A stretch of 64,000 nucleotides of DNA from Bosea sp. (in: a-proteobacteria) (GCF_017308015.1 NZ_JAFKFW010000017.1:16783-80782), one strand, 5' to 3'. Counted from the stretch's first letter, positions 28,836 through 38,088 are shown. Numbers and translations are program-made. Notes: generated by a model from the letters alone, not told the origin.

Positions 28836-29228
28836 CTATACAGCGATCTTCGACCGACCCAGCACTGCGAGCAGAGCATTCCGCCCGGCTTTTAGGGCCG
28901 GGTAGAGGAGCCGCGCTGCGGTCGGGCTGCGGAATATCGCGAAGTTAATCCGATTGATCAGGCCTGACGGGCTGGAAAGCATCGTCATGGCGTGAACGGC
29001 ATCGGCGCCGTGGAACTGCTTCTCGCCAACCTCGACGACGAAGCCCTCGTTCACGTCGAGACCTTTCGCCTTGAGCTTGGCCACCTCGTCAGGGGCTGTG
29101 CGCAAGTCGACCAGTTCCACCTTGCCGGCTGCCTCGCGCAAGCGAACCAGCCGCACATAGGCGGAGCATGCGGGGCATTCCCCGTCATAGAGAATGCGGA
29201 TGCCCTCAGGTGTAGATGTGGGGGCCAT
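28836..29228 (-). CDS. DCC1-like thiol-disulfide oxidoreductase (DUF393)
   Basis: ILYDGECPAC CxxC motif, G.DA, LYP.L..GR motifs. Confidence 0.9.
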   Translation of the reverse strand: MAPTSTPEGIRILYDGECPACSAYVRLVRLREAAGKVELVDLRTAPDEVAKLKAKGLDVNEGFVVEVGEKQFHGADAVHAMTMLSSPSGLINRINFAIFRSPTAARLLYPALKAGRNALLAVLGRSKIAV

Positions 29229-31050
29229 AGAACTCTAGTTCCTCGCCGGTCTTCGGGTCGGTCGTAACAAGCACGATCGAATATGGTTTCGGGCCCGCTT
29301 CGACCTCGTAGTAATATCGATCTCCAACCCATTTCCCTGGCAGGTCCATGAGTGGGCCCGACTGGCCCTTCCAATGTGAGGAGCGGTAGCGGAATTTCCA
29401 AGTCGCGCCGTCCAGACCGACTTGATCAATCGTCAGGTACGGCTGCTTGGGCGTCTCCAGCTTGAGGATCGGCCGTGCCGCCAGATAGGTCCCATCGGAT
29501 TTGAGGATAGCGCGCAGCGCTCTGTGTGCGTCGAAGGGCATCGGACTCGCCGGATAGGCGGGGTAGATCATGAACCGGCCCCACAGGCGCAGTTCCGAAT
29601 TCGCCGGCATCTGCTCGATGAAAACTCGCGTCGCCTCAAGTCGCTGGCGATATTCAGCAGCGGGGGCGTTGTCCGCGCCGTAATAAATTAGGTTATCCGG
29701 GAGCTGCGTGATGCGGCTTTCGCCGTTCTCGCAACGATAAAATAGCGGGTCGCTTGTCGTCGCTTTGCGGCTGATGGGGCTGTAGATCGCTTTGAGTTCG
29801 TCTCGCGATTTCCCTGTTACATTTACCCAGCGCCCACCGGATATGTCGCATGTCGGAGTGCGTATAGAGACGTCGCCATAAGGGTAGGCATAGGGCAGAT
29901 GCTGTGTGTAGGGCCGCGTGGCGTAAGTGCCCGCATACATATCGAAATTGTCGAACGGGTAGGCCAAGTCCGTGCGTCCACGCTGGCCGACGATCTGTAG
30001 GCAGTAGTACCCGAGGAAGATCGCCCCCAAGACGAGCGGGAACGTTGGAAGCGATCCTGATCGGACGGATACCGGTGGCGATCGGCGGAACAACCAGTCC
30101 CAATCGATGAAAAGTACCGCAAGCGGTATCCACCACGGGTTCCAGACAGTCATGATCTCCCGCAGAGCGATGACGCCGCCAGCGAAGACCAGCGCTTCGA
30201 AAGCCCGCAGCAATGGGCGCCGCGGGAATAGGATCGCAGTAGCCGGCAAGAGCTGCATGACCATGTGGCCGAGCAGGGCGCCAATCCATAGAACCGGGTG
30301 GCTCCAGATCAACTCGACAAACCACGGAATGACGAACTCTTTCGGCGCCGTCCAGGTGATGGCGAGCGCGTTCCGAAGGTTGTCCGAGAAAATGTACCAG
30401 AAGCCGCCCTGAACGGCCTTCGTGAAGAAAGCGCCGAAATAGAAGAGAGCGACCGCTGCCTGCGCAAGCAGAACGGGCCAGGCGAGCAGATAAGTCTGGT
30501 GCGGCTCGATGCGGCCGAGCGGGTAGCGAGGCAGAACACGCCGCACGAGGCGGTCGAGCGATATGGACGCGTCGGCGCGGCCAAACATGATCGCCAAGCC
30601 TGCGAGGAAGATGACGTTGTACGGAGCGCTCCAGAAGGCTCCACGACCAGCATCCAAACTGGCGAGCATAGTCGTGGTGAGAACCGAGACGATCATCGCT
30701 GGGCGCGTGAGCAACCCGATGATCGCTAGCAACGTCGAAAAGAGTGCTAGGCGATCGATCACGCCCCAAGCGTCTGGTCCCGGCATCCAAAGCCGCAGCA
30801 GACCAAACCGATAGAACGGAATGTCGCCGAGGCTTTTTGCGTAAGCGACAACATCGCCGCCCGCCATCGCCTCTCTGACGATGAAGTAGACCCAGAGCGT
30901 CGAAGAAAAGATGGCAATGCGCGCGATGCCTATGGAAAGCGTCGCCGCCATCGGCTGCGATGAGTCGAGCTGCATGACGTGAACGAGAAGGCGCTTCGGC
31001 CAGCTCGCAGCATCTCTGATCTTCGCTGATCGTAGTACGCCAGTGTTCAT
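29206..31050 (-). CDS. HTTM-like polytopic membrane protein with a large soluble C-terminal domain
   Basis: IGLLTR, SISLDR, YFGAFFTK, YPFDNFDMY motifs; about 8-9 hydrophobic segments. Confidence 0.7.
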   Translation of the reverse strand: MNTGVLRSAKIRDAASWPKRLLVHVMQLDSSQPMAATLSIGIARIAIFSSTLWVYFIVREAMAGGDVVAYAKSLGDIPFYRFGLLRLWMPGPDAWGVIDRLALFSTLLAIIGLLTRPAMIVSVLTTTMLASLDAGRGAFWSAPYNVIFLAGLAIMFGRADASISLDRLVRRVLPRYPLGRIEPHQTYLLAWPVLLAQAAVALFYFGAFFTKAVQGGFWYIFSDNLRNALAITWTAPKEFVIPWFVELIWSHPVLWIGALLGHMVMQLLPATAILFPRRPLLRAFEALVFAGGVIALREIMTVWNPWWIPLAVLFIDWDWLFRRSPPVSVRSGSLPTFPLVLGAIFLGYYCLQIVGQRGRTDLAYPFDNFDMYAGTYATRPYTQHLPYAYPYGDVSIRTPTCDISGGRWVNVTGKSRDELKAIYSPISRKATTSDPLFYRCENGESRITQLPDNLIYYGADNAPAAEYRQRLEATRVFIEQMPANSELRLWGRFMIYPAYPASPMPFDAHRALRAILKSDGTYLAARPILKLETPKQPYLTIDQVGLDGATWKFRYRSSHWKGQSGPLMDLPGKWVGDRYYYEVEAGPKPYSIVLVTTDPKTGEELEFYGPHIYT

Positions 31051-31135
31051 TCCAACCGCTTCCTCAGGCCCGCGGCGCCATTAGCGCCCGCTGACGGTCG
31101 TTCGCAAGATCAAACCTGTTCCGAAAGGACCACTT

Positions 31136-31672
31136 ATGCCCGACACCGCTGATGCTAGTGCAGCTGTCGACCAGCGCACGACCAAGCGCGTTTCTGCCAA
31201 CTGGTCCGTGGCGATCATGCAGTCGGCAGGCGTCAGCTACGTCGCTGAAGCACGCGACGAGGCTGGCGAGCTCCTCGGCTACGACATCGATCCGCCGCTA
31301 ACACAGAGCGCGTACGACGTGGTGGCGGAGGAGGTGCAGCGGGCCCAATTGCTTGGCTACGCGGCGGCGGCTCGCTACCGCAAGGAGACCGGCGGCATCA
31401 GCGTGGCCGGTCAGCCGATCGCGACCGATCGGGAGAGCCAGGCGCTCATCTCCGGCGCCTTCGCTCTGGTCCAGCAGCAGCCGCAGACGGTGATCCGCTT
31501 CAAGACGCCGGGCGGGTTCGTCACGCTCGATGCCGCCCAGATGTCGGCCATCGCCATCGCGGTCGCCCAGCACGTCCAGGCCTGTTTCGCGCTCGAGGCC
31601 GATGTCGCGGCGGACATTACATCCGGCGAGATCATCACCCCGGCCGAGATCGACGCCGCATTCGCCGCCTGA
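31136..31672 (+). CDS. DUF4376 tail-fibre assembly-like protein
   Basis: L..YA...R...E.GG..V.G..I.TDR.SQ.LI.GA, FK...GF..L.A..M..A..V..HVQACF motif. Confidence 0.85.
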   Translation: MPDTADASAAVDQRTTKRVSANWSVAIMQSAGVSYVAEARDEAGELLGYDIDPPLTQSAYDVVAEEVQRAQLLGYAAAARYRKETGGISVAGQPIATDRESQALISGAFALVQQQPQTVIRFKTPGGFVTLDAAQMSAIAIAVAQHVQACFALEADVAADITSGEIITPAEIDAAFAA

Positions 31673-31713
31673 TCGCTCCCCCGCCTCCACCAGACGTCTG
31701 AAAGGACCCTTCC

Positions 31714-32115
31714 ATGGCCGGCTCCGCCTCCGACTATCTCGAAAAGAAACTCCTCGACCATTCGCTTGGCGTTGCCGCCTACACGATGCCGGCGAACGTG
31801 TTTCTCGCCCTGTTCACGGCCGATCCCGGCGAGGCCGGGCCCGGCACCGAGGTCGCCGGCAATGGCTATGCTCGCCAGTCGACCGCCTTCGCCGCGGCTG
31901 CAGCGGTCGGCGGCGTTATGACCGCGAAGAACTCCGCGGCGAAGACCTTCACGGCTGCGGGCGGCTCCTGGGGCACGATCACGCATTGGGCGCTGTTCGA
32001 TGCGCTGAGCGCAGGCAATATGCTCTGGCATGCGGACCTCACCGCACCTCGCACGATCGGCGACGGGGACCAGTTGACCTTCGCCATCGACGCGCTCGCC
32101 ATCGCGGCCGACTGA
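31714..32115 (+). CDS. Phage structural protein (minor tail/fibre-associated family)
   Basis: SDYLE.KLLD, V.LALFTADPGE.G..EV.G.GYAR, WGTITH...D..GN motifs. Confidence 0.7.
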   Translation: MAGSASDYLEKKLLDHSLGVAAYTMPANVFLALFTADPGEAGPGTEVAGNGYARQSTAFAAAAAVGGVMTAKNSAAKTFTAAGGSWGTITHWALFDALSAGNMLWHADLTAPRTIGDGDQLTFAIDALAIAAD

Positions 32116-32117
32116 TC

Positions 32118-32474
32118 ATGTCGCGCTATGGCGGCTGCGGTGCCGGTCAGACCATTAGCGGCACGATCCCGTTCGTGCCGGGGTCGGAGATCATCCAGCC
32201 GTTCCTGATCGTGGCGGAGGCGACCATCGTCAACATCGCCGGCGGCACGGTGACGGCCGAGGTGCTGGTGTTCGGCGCCGTCGCCTTCAGCCCCGCAGTC
32301 GAAATCGAGGATGCAGCCCCCGCGCCGGAACTCGATCAGCAGCCGCATGGCGTCGTCAGGATCACCGAGGAGCAGACCGCCCTGATCCCCGATGGCGCGC
32401 TGCTGCGCGTGGTCTACGTCCAGGCCGGCGTGACGATGCCGGCTCTCAGCTGGTTGATGAAGAGGACGGTATGA
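32118..32474 (+). CDS. Hypothetical phage protein
   Basis: C-terminal part of ORF 31530..32474 from ATG 32118; ATGA overlap downstream. Confidence 0.6.
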   Translation: MSRYGGCGAGQTISGTIPFVPGSEIIQPFLIVAEATIVNIAGGTVTAEVLVFGAVAFSPAVEIEDAAPAPELDQQPHGVVRITEEQTALIPDGALLRVVYVQAGVTMPALSWLMKRTV

Positions 32475-34966
32475 GCCTGTCGGGACCGCGCATCATAACC
32501 GGGCGCCGCAAACTGCTGAAGGCAGTGCTCGTCGGAATTTCCGGCAATTTCCAGCGTGTCCGCCATCAGGGCGGCGGCGAGGCCAATCTGACCTGCGCGG
32601 CACTCGGCGAGGCTCGCCGGAGGCTGACCGCTTCCGGCGGCGCTGCGCTGGCCTTCGCTGCGTCTGGTGGCGCAGGCTCACCGACGAAATCCGGAGCTGG
32701 TGCTGCAGTACTTTCGACCCTCGCCGGCGGCGGGGCCTTTGCCCGCCGTGGCGCTATCGGTTCGGCAGCTCTGCTGACCGCGGCAGGCGGCATCGCCGCG
32801 GCGCGTCGCCAGGCTTCAGGGGCGGCTTCACTGCTCTCCGCAGCTGCCGGGGCAGCCCGTGCGCAGCGCTTCGCCACTGGCGTGGCCACCCTCACCACCT
32901 TTGGCACGGGTGGTGGGTCCGGCTCCGTCTCCGATCCCATCATCCAGAGCATCAACGCCAACGGCTGGAGCGTTACGACGACGAGCAGCCCGCCGACGAT
33001 GCAGCCCGACGTGGCGCCAAAGTTCCTCTACGCGAGCCGGCAGGGCTTCGACCAGACCGGCGCGGCGAAGACCTATGTTGAGCCTATCGTTCTGACGCAG
33101 CGCCTGCGCCAGCCATATCCAAATCAGGCAAGCTTGACCTCCGATCAGGTCGTGCTCTCCGACTATCTCTATTCGACCGATACGGTCGTCGGTTCGGTCA
33201 CAGGGGCGAGCACGGAGGCCAGCCCGAAGCCGATCGCGAACTGGGCTCGCGTCGATCGCCGTCTGGTGGGCAACAGTTTCCCGAAAGAATGGGCCGAAGT
33301 TCCGGCGTTTCATCGCAATGCCCGAAATGGCGAGCAAGTCGCCTGCGTCGTCTGGACGTGGACCGATGGTACCAACACTGTCACGGCGAAGGTCGGGGTC
33401 TCGGTGGTTTCGGCCGATCCTCTCGATCTCAGCGCGGTCATTGTTTATCGCCCGGCAGCCGACATCGACATCTCGTCGCTGACGAGCGGCCAGATCACCA
33501 TGAACGCCAAGGTCTATCCTTGGATCGGGGATGCTTCCTCGGTGCTCGATAGCTCGGTTGGTTCGGCTAACAGCCGCGAGTTCTGCCCGCAGACCTTCAC
33601 GAAGAACCCGACGCTCTTTGCCGCGCCATACTTCATCTATGTCGATAATGCGCTGGGCAATGACACGACCGGTGTGTGCTCGACGAATGCGGCGACGGCC
33701 GCAGCGACGCCTGCCTTGACGGTACCCGGCGCCATCGTCCGAGCTCGCGCCCAGATGCCGGGCAATCGCATCGATGGGCTGCGCATCAGGATCGTGAATG
33801 CGCAGACGATCAGCGCGGATGTCACCTTCAATACCTACCAAGACAACCACGAAGTCATCATCGAGCCGGCGCCGGGCGTCTCGCAAGCGACAGCGAACAT
33901 CTCGTTCGGTGCGACCGCCAATCGCGCGACACAGCTTCAGTGGCTACGTCTCAAAGGCGTCTCGATGACGCGGGCGGGTCTGTTCGGCCTCACCGGCAAG
34001 ACGACAGGCGCTTCCAAGCTCGTTCTTGAAAATGTCGCGCTTGATGCCGGGTCGCAAAACTCATCGCTGGTCGTGGCTTCGAATTTCGTCGCCTATCTGC
34101 ATGGCGTCACGATCACTAATCCGGCCGCAAATCTGCTGACGGCCGGCACCAGTGAAATCCGCCTGCTGCGCGGTGTCGATTTCGGTACGATGAATGGTGG
34201 CGTCGGGACCTTGGTTGAGCGCTGGCTGATGTTGGGCTGCCTTTTCCGCGGCATCGCAACGACGCGCGGCGCTCGCAGCGACAGCGGGGCCATTGCGGCA
34301 TTCACCAAGTTTCTGGGCTGCGGAGGCAGTGCCGCCATCCTCTCCTATGGCGCGTCTCAGGATGTGTCTGGCGCTGCTTTTGTCCAGAACGTCTGCGAGT
34401 GGGCGAGTGTTACGAGCAACCCGTTCTTCCGGCCCTCGGCGGACGGCGAGACCGGCAATGTCACGCATCTGGTGGTGCATCAAAACACCTTCGCCGGATT
34501 CAACGACTATGGGCGAGGCAATATCCTCTACAACGAGAGCACCGGCGCCAGGACGCACAAACTCTGCTCCTTCGTCGGGAACATCCACGTCCAGATCAAC
34601 ACCAAGCACGATGTCTTCAAGGCTGATGGCACGCGCATCCAGTCGTGGCCCTATGCCTTCGGCGTCGGCTGCGCTGGTGAATTTTCGCAGTTCTTCTCGG
34701 CCGGGGCGCCCGGCTTCGCGCCTGACTTCGGCGGGCTCAACGCCTCGCTCGGCACAAGCAATAGCGTCCGCAACGACCCGTTGTTCACAGCCCCGGCCGC
34801 GACCGCTTCGGGGCCATCGACCGGGGCTGGTGGTGGAGATTACACGCTGCAAGCCGGGTCTCCATGCATCGGCAGGGTGAAGGCTCCTGTTCTGGCCTTC
34901 GACCTCGCTGGCAATGCTCGAAGTGCTACGGCGTCGGCTGCTGGCGCATACGAGAGGGTGGCATGA
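32471..34966 (+). CDS. Large virion appendage/tailspike-like protein with N-terminal 20-aa repeats and a probable beta-helix
   Basis: Gly/Ala repeats at aa ~36-147; beta-rich body; C-terminal GDY.L...SP.IG......D..G..R....GAYE closure. Confidence 0.65.
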   Translation: MSLSGPRIITGRRKLLKAVLVGISGNFQRVRHQGGGEANLTCAALGEARRRLTASGGAALAFAASGGAGSPTKSGAGAAVLSTLAGGGAFARRGAIGSAALLTAAGGIAAARRQASGAASLLSAAAGAARAQRFATGVATLTTFGTGGGSGSVSDPIIQSINANGWSVTTTSSPPTMQPDVAPKFLYASRQGFDQTGAAKTYVEPIVLTQRLRQPYPNQASLTSDQVVLSDYLYSTDTVVGSVTGASTEASPKPIANWARVDRRLVGNSFPKEWAEVPAFHRNARNGEQVACVVWTWTDGTNTVTAKVGVSVVSADPLDLSAVIVYRPAADIDISSLTSGQITMNAKVYPWIGDASSVLDSSVGSANSREFCPQTFTKNPTLFAAPYFIYVDNALGNDTTGVCSTNAATAAATPALTVPGAIVRARAQMPGNRIDGLRIRIVNAQTISADVTFNTYQDNHEVIIEPAPGVSQATANISFGATANRATQLQWLRLKGVSMTRAGLFGLTGKTTGASKLVLENVALDAGSQNSSLVVASNFVAYLHGVTITNPAANLLTAGTSEIRLLRGVDFGTMNGGVGTLVERWLMLGCLFRGIATTRGARSDSGAIAAFTKFLGCGGSAAILSYGASQDVSGAAFVQNVCEWASVTSNPFFRPSADGETGNVTHLVVHQNTFAGFNDYGRGNILYNESTGARTHKLCSFVGNIHVQINTKHDVFKADGTRIQSWPYAFGVGCAGEFSQFFSAGAPGFAPDFGGLNASLGTSNSVRNDPLFTAPAATASGPSTGAGGGDYTLQAGSPCIGRVKAPVLAFDLAGNARSATASAAGAYERVA

Positions 34967-35058
34967 TCCTCTTGCTCGGCATCATCTGGCTCGCCTGCCT
35001 CGCCGTCTTTCTTGAGATGGCGGACAGGGCTCCAACGATCGATTGCATTGATTGGTAA
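34963..35058 (+). CDS. 31-aa hydrophobic micropeptide (copy 1)
   Basis: MILLLGIIWLACLAVFLEMADRAPTIDCIDW; ATGA overlap; paralogue at 36585. Confidence 0.65.
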   Translation: MILLLGIIWLACLAVFLEMADRAPTIDCIDW

Positions 35059-35324
35059 GCGAACGCTAACGTTGCGCCATCATACTCACGCAACTCGGCT
35101 TTCGATCGCCTGATTTCCGGTCGAAGCTGGAGGCTCACGGTCGCGTTGCGTAAAAGACCGTCAATTAGACCCGGCTGAGGTGCGGCTTCAGTCGGGTCTT
35201 TTTAGTCCACGTACTTGCGCGATTAACGCAGTCTGCTCGTTTAGCGGGCAGATCCATGGACTCGATCGTTACGCTGCGTTATTGGAATGGTTAGCAAATT
35301 CTAGCGGGGGAGGTGTTAGTGGGC

Positions 35325-35978
35325 ATGGCAATGATTTTTCGCGCTTTGCTGGCCAGTGCCGCAATGGCATTCGCTGGAGCGTTGCCTACGCAGGCAGCAA
35401 TGGTTACCGTCCAGTTCTCAGGGCAAAATTGGGCAGCTCTTTTATCTGGCGGCGGCTATGTGGCAGATGCCACGCCCTTCTCTGGATCAATCACCTACGA
35501 GTCATCCACGCTTGGCGTGCCGTATTCTTCGCAAGGCACGCGATACAATGCTATCACTTCGGGTGCCTTCACCTACGGGGCAGATGTGTATACTGCAGTA
35601 AGTGGCTATATTGACGTCCATAACAGCCCGTCCGGCGGTGGAGCTGATGCTCTATTTTTCGTTCTGTTTGCGAACGGGCCGAGCTTCAATGGAGCAAATC
35701 CCTTTATCTCTTATGTCGCGCTTCGAGATTACACAGGCGTCGCCCTCTCAAGCCAATCTCTCCCAACCACATTCAGCTTGGCCACATTTGGTGGGTCGAA
35801 TGATTTCTCGACTCAATACAATCATACTCCCGTTGGCTCCTCGCACCGTTATGGGACGGTGACAGATTTTGCTGCTGCCGTCCCCGAACCCTCCACCTGG
35901 GCGATGATGCTGGTTGGTTTTGCTGGCCTGGGCTACGCGGGTTATCGGAAGCGCAAGGCTACTCCGATCGCGGCCTGA
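35325..35978 (+). CDS. PEP-CTERM (PEPxxWA) sorting-domain protein
   Basis: Signal peptide ending TQA-A; C-terminal VPEPSTWAMMLVGFAGLGYAGYRKRK. Confidence 0.95.
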   Translation: MAMIFRALLASAAMAFAGALPTQAAMVTVQFSGQNWAALLSGGGYVADATPFSGSITYESSTLGVPYSSQGTRYNAITSGAFTYGADVYTAVSGYIDVHNSPSGGGADALFFVLFANGPSFNGANPFISYVALRDYTGVALSSQSLPTTFSLATFGGSNDFSTQYNHTPVGSSHRYGTVTDFAAAVPEPSTWAMMLVGFAGLGYAGYRKRKATPIAA

Positions 35979-36003
35979 ACTTAGGCACAGATCTGGAATT
36001 CAG

Positions 36004-36028
36004 AGCCCGCCTTTATGGCGGGCTTTTT
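36004..36028 (+). terminator. Rho-independent terminator
   Basis: AGCCCGCC/GGCGGGCT stem plus T-tract. Confidence 0.85.
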
Positions 36029-36336
36029 CATGAGCATCAGCCGAAGAACAGGCGCCATGCGGCCCACGCGAACGACCCTAGCCAAAGGGTCATCACGAGA
36101 GCTGCAAGTGCAAGGTAGATTGGAGCTATCAGCTTTTTCATCGACTATTTGATTGTGAGCAGCGACCCGGCCGGCGGTGCGGCCACCGGCCGGGCCAGCC
36201 AAAGACGGTCGTGAAGGTATGGCCAGTACCCGCCCTTAAACTATCAGATGACATTGACGTTCCGTCATTCAAACGATCGACGGCGTTAATTCGATGCGCT
36301 GAATCCATCACCCATTACAACGCATCGGAGATAGCG

Positions 36337-36552
36337 ATGAGCGTGAGCGTCAAGGTGAAGCAGCTTGTCTGGAGCGAGCATAACCGTGCCGATATTTACT
36401 CGGTGAAGGAATATTTCGGACAGGGACCGACCGACTATTTCCTGTCGCGCGGCACTCAGGTTGTCGGCAACTTCAACACCGTGGCAGAGGCGAAGGCCGC
36501 TGCGCAGGCAGATCACGAGCGGCGCGTGCTGGGCTTCATCGAAGTCGCCTGA
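36337..36552 (+). CDS. Small phage protein; standalone KAAAQAD domain
   Basis: GGAG RBS; VK.LVW...AKAAAQAD.E.RV shared with the C-terminus of 44946..45740. Confidence 0.7.
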   Translation: MSVSVKVKQLVWSEHNRADIYSVKEYFGQGPTDYFLSRGTQVVGNFNTVAEAKAAAQADHERRVLGFIEVA

Positions 36553-36584
36553 ACCCCTCACCCATCTACAAGGCAGCTAAGTCC

Positions 36585-36665
36585 ATGCTGAGCCTCGCCA
36601 TCGTCTGGATGGTCTGCGCGGCGGTGTTCCTCGAACTCGCGGACAGATCGCCCGTCATCGACTGA
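36585..36665 (+). CDS. 26-aa hydrophobic micropeptide (copy 2)
   Basis: MLSLAIVWMVCAAVFLELADRSPVID, translated by hand; absent from the ORF track; paralogue of 34963. Confidence 0.6.
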   Translation: MLSLAIVWMVCAAVFLELADRSPVID

Positions 36666-36668
36666 CCC

Positions 36669-36690
36669 GCCCGCCGCGCGCGGGCTTTTT
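36669..36690 (+). terminator. Rho-independent terminator upstream of the endolysin
   Basis: GCCCGC/GCGGGC stem plus TTTTT. Confidence 0.65.
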
Positions 36691-36707
36691 CACATCCGGA
36701 GCAATTC

Positions 36708-37349
36708 ATGGACACGACCGCAATTCAGCGGGCGCTGGTCGCGCTCGGCTATTCGCTTGCCGTCGACGACGTGATGGGGCCGAAGACGCGTGCTGCGTTG
36801 CAGACGTTCCAGCGCGGGTCAGGGCTGGCTGCTGATGGCGTGGTTGGGCCGCTGACAATCTCGGCACTCGATGCGGCCTTGGCGAGGAAGTCGGCCCCCG
36901 CTTCAGCCATCTTCACCTTGCCGCGGACGAAGCGCCGGATCGACGAGATCATAATCCACTGCACTGCGACGCCCGAAGGTCGCGGCGTCTCTGTCGAGAC
37001 GATCCGTGGCTGGCACAAGGCTCAGGGTTGGAAGGACATCGGCTATCACTGGGTCGTGCTGCTCGACGGCACGGTGAAACCTGGCAGGCCTGAGGCTGAG
37101 ATCGGATCTCATGTCGCCGGGCACAACACCGGCACCCTCGGCGTCGTCTACGTCGGCGGTGTGGCGGCCGACGGGAAGACCGCCAAGGACACCCGCACGC
37201 CGGCGCAGCGCGCGGCGCTCCTGTCGCACGTCAAGGCGCTGATCGCCCGCTATCCGACCATCAAGAGGGTCACCGGGCACAACCAGTACGCCAACAAAGC
37301 CTGTCCCAGCTTCGACGTCCGCAAGGACGAGCTCGGCCACCTCATCTGA
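36708..37349 (+). CDS. Endolysin: PG-binding domain plus N-acetylmuramoyl-L-alanine amidase (T7-like)
   Basis: IQ.AL..LGY...D...GP.T..A...FQ; IIIHCTAT, IGYH, H..GHN, GH....KACP.F. Confidence 0.95.
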   Translation: MDTTAIQRALVALGYSLAVDDVMGPKTRAALQTFQRGSGLAADGVVGPLTISALDAALARKSAPASAIFTLPRTKRRIDEIIIHCTATPEGRGVSVETIRGWHKAQGWKDIGYHWVVLLDGTVKPGRPEAEIGSHVAGHNTGTLGVVYVGGVAADGKTAKDTRTPAQRAALLSHVKALIARYPTIKRVTGHNQYANKACPSFDVRKDELGHLI

Positions 37350-37401
37350 CCCCGCAGCGGCCGGGCCAGCCGCCAACCTGCTCATCATCATGGAGATCAT
37401 C

Positions 37402-37812
37402 ATGAACCGCATCTTCGCGGCGCTGGCGCTCGCCTGCGCCCTCGCTGTCTCCGCCTGCGTTCCGAAGGATGGTTCGGGGCCGGGCACCTCTGCCGAAGGC
37501 TGGCGTCAGATCGCGGCTGGCGCTGGTCAGGTCATCGGCCCGACCAAATACGACGAGAAGGTCGCCCAGGCCTCAGAGCAGCTCTCGCGCTACTGCGGCG
37601 CGCTCCGGGCCGTGGCGATGGGGGCCAGCATCTTCGCGCCGGAGAAGCATCAGGCACTCGCCAGGCAAGCCGCAGCCGCCGTCAACTCGGTCTGCGATAA
37701 TCCGCCGGCCGATGTCGCCTCCGCGCTCGCCGCTGCAGCCAAGGCTTACGACGCCGTTCTCGCCGCCGGCCGCGCAACCAACATCCCCGTCACCGCCGCC
37801 GCAGGAGCCTGA
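37402..37812 (+). CDS. Lipoprotein in the lysis cassette (possible spanin component)
   Basis: Signal with lipobox VSAC; GGAG RBS. Confidence 0.75.
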   Translation: MNRIFAALALACALAVSACVPKDGSGPGTSAEGWRQIAAGAGQVIGPTKYDEKVAQASEQLSRYCGALRAVAMGASIFAPEKHQALARQAAAAVNSVCDNPPADVASALAAAAKAYDAVLAAGRATNIPVTAAAGA

Positions 37813-37815
37813 ACG

Positions 37816-38088
37816 ATGTTCACCATGGAGCAATTCTGGAGCCTGGTCCGCACCCTCCTTCAGACCGCCGGCGCCGCGCTGGTCACCCGCGGCTATCTCG
37901 ACGACGGCTCGATGCAGATCGTCGTTGGCGCGCTGATGACCCTCATCACGACCGGCTACAGCCTCTACATCCGCCGCAAGGCCGGCATCGTCGCGTCGGC
38001 GGCCGCGCTCCCGGAGGTGGCGCAGATCGTCACCACACCGGAGATCGCCCGCAAGGTCGAGGACCCGACCGTTACCACACGCTTCTGA
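37816..38088 (+). CDS. Putative holin
   Basis: 90 aa, two hydrophobic segments, charged C-terminus, next to the endolysin. Confidence 0.7.
   Translation: MFTMEQFWSLVRTLLQTAGAALVTRGYLDDGSMQIVVGALMTLITTGYSLYIRRKAGIVASAAALPEVAQIVTTPEIARKVEDPTVTTRF

Noticed and set aside
27888-34966. Tail-fibre inversion or diversity-generating retroelement
   Set aside because: No invertase, reverse transcriptase, inverted crossover sites or TR/VR pair seen
35200-35222. Sigma-54 promoter for the PEP-CTERM gene
   Set aside because: TTGC is present but the -24 GG is not (AGTCCACGTACTTGC)
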